64,000 nucleotides of DNA, from positions 395,828-459,827 of the forward strand of contig CBDEUK010000001.1 of assembly GCA_965243205.1 (NCBI GenBank), given 5' to 3'. The notes beneath the pieces are model-generated. The model was not told the origin of the DNA, ran no database searches, and saw only the letters and a program-made list of their open reading frames with translations. This DNA is from Gammaproteobacteria bacterium. Lineage in GTDB: Bacteria > Pseudomonadota > Gammaproteobacteria > Eutrophobiales > Eutrophobiaceae. This document shows, piece after piece, positions 60,701 through 64,000 of the stretch; the stretch's first letter is position 1, and every line of letters starts with the position of its first letter. The translations under genes and the position numbers were made by a program.

Positions 60701-63700
60701 CGTACCGTTGGTCGCATTGGTGTTCACACTGAACACATTACCGCCATCGCCACTCAAGGTATCGTTGCCACTGACATCGCCATTGAACACCGTATCCTCG
60801 GTCGCGTTCACCGTATCGTTGACCGCCACCGGCGTATCGTCCACCGGCGCCACGTTAATCGTCACGGTCGCGGTCGAGACATCACCATCGGCATCGGTTA
60901 AGTCATACGTAAAACTGTCCGGGCCGTTGTAGTTCGCATTCGGGGTATAGGTAAACGTCCCATCGGCGTTCATCACCACCGTACCGTTGGTCGCATTGGT
61001 GTTCACACTGAACACATTACCGCCATCGCCACTCAAGGTATCGTTGCCACTGACATCGCCATTGAACACCGTATCCTCGGTCGCGTTCACCGTATCGTTG
61101 ACCGCCACCGGCGTATCGTCCACCGGCGCCACGTTAATCGTCACGGTCGCGGTCGAGACATCACCATCGGCATCGGTTAAGTCATACGTAAAACTGTCCG
61201 GGCCGTTGTAGTTCGCATTCGGGGCTATAGGTAAACGTCCCATCGGCGTTCATCACCACCGTACCGTTGGTCGCATTGGTGTTCACACTGAACACATTAC
61301 CGCCATCGCCACTCAAGGTATCGTTGCCACTGACATCGCCATTGAACACCGTATCCTCGGTCGCGTTCACCGTATCGTTGACCGCCACCGGCGTATCGTC
61401 CACCGGCGCCACGTTAATCGTCACGGTCGCGGTCGAGACATCACCATCGGCATCGGTTAAGTCATACGTAAAACTGTCCGGGCCGTTGTAGTTCGCATTC
61501 GGGGTATAGGTAAACGTCCCATCGGCGTTCATCACCACCGTACCGTTGGTCGCATTGGTGTTCACACTGAACACATTACCGCCATCGCCACTCAAGGTAT
61601 CGTTGCCACTGACATCGCCATTGAACACCGTATCCTCGGTCGCGTTCACCGTATCGTTGACCGCCACCGGCGTATCGTCCACCGGCGCCACGTTAATCGT
61701 CACGGTCGCGGTCGAGACATCACCATCGGCATCGGTTAAGTCATACGTAAAACTGTCCGGGCCGTTGTAGTTCGCATTCGGGGTATAGGTAAACGTCCCA
61801 TCGGCGTTCATCACCACCGTACCGTTGGTCGCATTGGTGTTCACACTGAACACATTACCGCCATCGCCACTCAAGGTATCGTTGCCACTGACATCGCCAT
61901 TGAACACCGTATCCTCGGTCGCGTTCACCGTATCGTTGACCGCCACCGGCGTATCGTCCACCGGCGCCACGTTAATCGTCACGGTCGCGGTCGAGACATC
62001 ACCATCGGCATCGGTTAAGTCATACGTAAAACTGTCCGGGCCGTTGTAGTTCGCATTCGGGGTATAGGTAAACGTCCCATCGGCGTTCATCACCACCGTA
62101 CCGTTGGTCGCATTGGTGTTCACACTGAACACATTACCGCCATCGCCACTCAAGGTATCGTTGCCACTGACATCGCCATTGAACACCGTATCCTCGGTCG
62201 CGTTCACCGTATCGTTGACCGCCACCGGCGTATCGTCCACCGGCGCCACGTTAATCGTCACGGTCGCGGTCGAGACATCACCATCGGCATCGGTTAAGTC
62301 ATACGTAAAACTGTCCGGGCCGTTGTAGTTCGCATTCGGGGTATAGGTAAACGTCCCATCGGCGTTCATCACCACCGTACCGTTGGTCGCATTGGTGTTC
62401 ACACTGAACACATTACCGCCATCGCCACTCAAGGTATCGTTGCCACTGACATCGCCATTGAACACCGTATCCTCGGTCGCGTTCACCGTATCGTTGACCG
62501 CCACCGGCGTATCGTCCACCGGCGCCACGTTAATCGTCACGGTCGCGGTCGAGACATCACCATCGGCATCGGTTAAGTCATACGTAAAACTGTCCGGGCC
62601 GTTGTAGTTCGCATTCGGGGTATAGGTAAACGTCCCATCGGCGTTCATCACCACCGTACCGTTGGTCGCATTGGTGTTCACACTGAACACATTACCGCCA
62701 TCGCCACTCAAGGTATCGTTGCCACTGACATCGCCATTGAACACCGTATCCTCGGTCGCGTTCACCGTATCGTTGACCGCCACCGGCGTATCGTCCACCG
62801 GCGCCACGTTAATCGTCACGGTCGCGGTCGAGACATCACCATCGGCATCGGTTAAGTCATACGTAAAACTGTCCGGGCCGTTGTAGTTCGCATTCGGGGT
62901 ATAGGTAAACGTCCCATCGGCGTTCATCACCACCGTACCGTTGGTCGCATTGGTGTTCACACTGAACACATTACCGCCATCGCCACTCAAGGTATCGTTG
63001 CCACTGACATCGCCATTGAACACCGTATCCTCGGTCGCGTTCACCGTATCGTTGACCGCCACCGGCGTATCGTCCACCGGCGCCACGTTAATCGTCACGG
63101 TCGCGGTCGAGACATCACCATCGGCATCGGTTAAGTCATACGTAAAACTGTCCGGGCCGTTGTAGTTCGCATTCGGGGTATAGGTAAACGTCCCATCGGC
63201 GTTCATCACCACCGTACCGTTGGTCGCATTGGTGTTCACACTGAACACATTACCGCCATCGCCACTCAAGGTATCGTTGCCACTGACATCGCCATTGAAC
63301 ACCGTATCCTCGGTCGCGTTCACCGTATCGTTGACCGCCACCGGCGTATCGTCCACCGGCGCCACGTTAATCGTCACGGTCGCGGTCGAGACATCACCAT
63401 CGGCATCGGTTAAGTCATACGTAAAACTGTCCGGGCCGTTGTAGTTCGCATTCGGGGTATAGGTAAACGTCCCATCGGCGTTCATCACCACCGTACCGTT
63501 GGTCGCATTGGTGTTCACACTGAACACATTACCGCCATCGCCACTCAAGGTATCGTTGCCACTGACATCGCCATTGAACACCGTATCCTCGGTCGCGTTC
63601 ACCGTATCGTTGACCGCCACCGGCGTATCGTCCACCGGCGCCACGTTAATCGTCACGGTCGCGGTCGAGACATCACCATCGGCATCGGTTAAGTCATACG

Positions 63701-64000
63701 TAAAACTGTCCGGGCCGTTGTAGTTCGCATTCGGGGTATAGGTAAACGTCCCATCGGCGTTCATCACCACCGTACCGTTGGTCGCATTGGTGTTCACACT
63801 GAACACATTACCGCCATCGCCACTCAAGGTATCGTTGCCACTGACATCGCCATTGAACACCGTATCCTCGGTCGCGTTCACCGTATCGTTGACCGCCACC
63901 GGCGTATCGTCCACCGGCGCCACGTTAATCGTCACGGTCGCGGTCGAGACATCACCATCGGCATCGGTTAAGTCATACGTAAAACTGTCCGGGCCGTTGT
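54758..64000 (-). CDS. giant cadherin/Ig-like repeat surface protein (putative adhesin), open at the window edge, with a 1-bp frameshift at 61225
   Basis: ORFs 61182..63935 and 54758..61243 encode the same 93-aa repeat (PVAVND...ADGTFTYTPNANYNGPDSFTY..TDADG) and join if C61225 is removed. Unique C-terminal region includes LPDWL.F. At least 3080 aa. Confidence 0.9.
56388..64000. repeat. tandem array of a 279-bp unit, about 27.3 copies visible, continuing past the window edge
   Basis: The ORF track shows an exact 279-nt period except for one 280-nt step (60987 to 61267). Translated units are identical, and I saw no nucleotide differences other than C61225. Confidence 0.98.

Noticed and set aside
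61182-61243. Two separate genes (917 aa and 2161 aa starting MGRLPIA)
   Set aside because: Both ends are explained by the 1-bp insertion at 61225. Treated as one gene.
56208-63723. Series of identical 74-aa + strand ORFs (MVALVFTLNT...)
   Set aside because: They are antisense shadows of the repeat protein's codons, repeat with the same 279-nt period, and have TTG/GTG starts without an evident RBS.
56388-64000. CRISPR array or mobile-element origin for the tandem repeat
   Set aside because: The unit is 279 bp, has no variable spacers and encodes an in-frame protein domain. No cas or transposase genes are present.

Overview
A 64-kb chromosomal segment of an AT-rich gammaproteobacterium, probably marine given its Vibrio PomAB-like stator. 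No rRNA, tRNA, IS, prophage or CRISPR was recognised. 1-10.8 kb: class III polyhydroxyalkanoate cluster (phaA-phaB-phaR-phaB2 converging on phaP-phaE-phaC) with a probable PhaR operator, flanked by ppa, acs and a GAF-HTH regulator. 11-48 kb: mostly housekeeping genes (ispG, fabA-fabB, AddAB-like helicase-nuclease, egtD-msrB, cysG, pomAB, dcd, mrp, metG, rnfB, srkA) interspersed with accessory genes. 48.9-64 kb: a giant (over 3000 aa, open at the window edge) cadherin/Ig-like repeat protein with about 27 identical 279-bp repeats, followed by TolC, two adaptor proteins and an M50 peptidase-adaptor fusion, with no ABC ATPase in the visible operon. Best leads: (1) this putative ATPase-less, protease-coupled type-I-like secretion system; (2) two tandem candidate CRP-dependent small RNAs with C-rich anti-Shine-Dalgarno loops at 17.9-18.3 kb; (3) the GC-shifted, homogenised repeat array with a single 1-bp insertion; (4) an M48 protease-pilin fusion, a regulator resembling AcoR but lacking the AAA+ domain, and a probably inactive endonuclease I homologue. 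All family assignments come from motif recognition by eye, not database searches.
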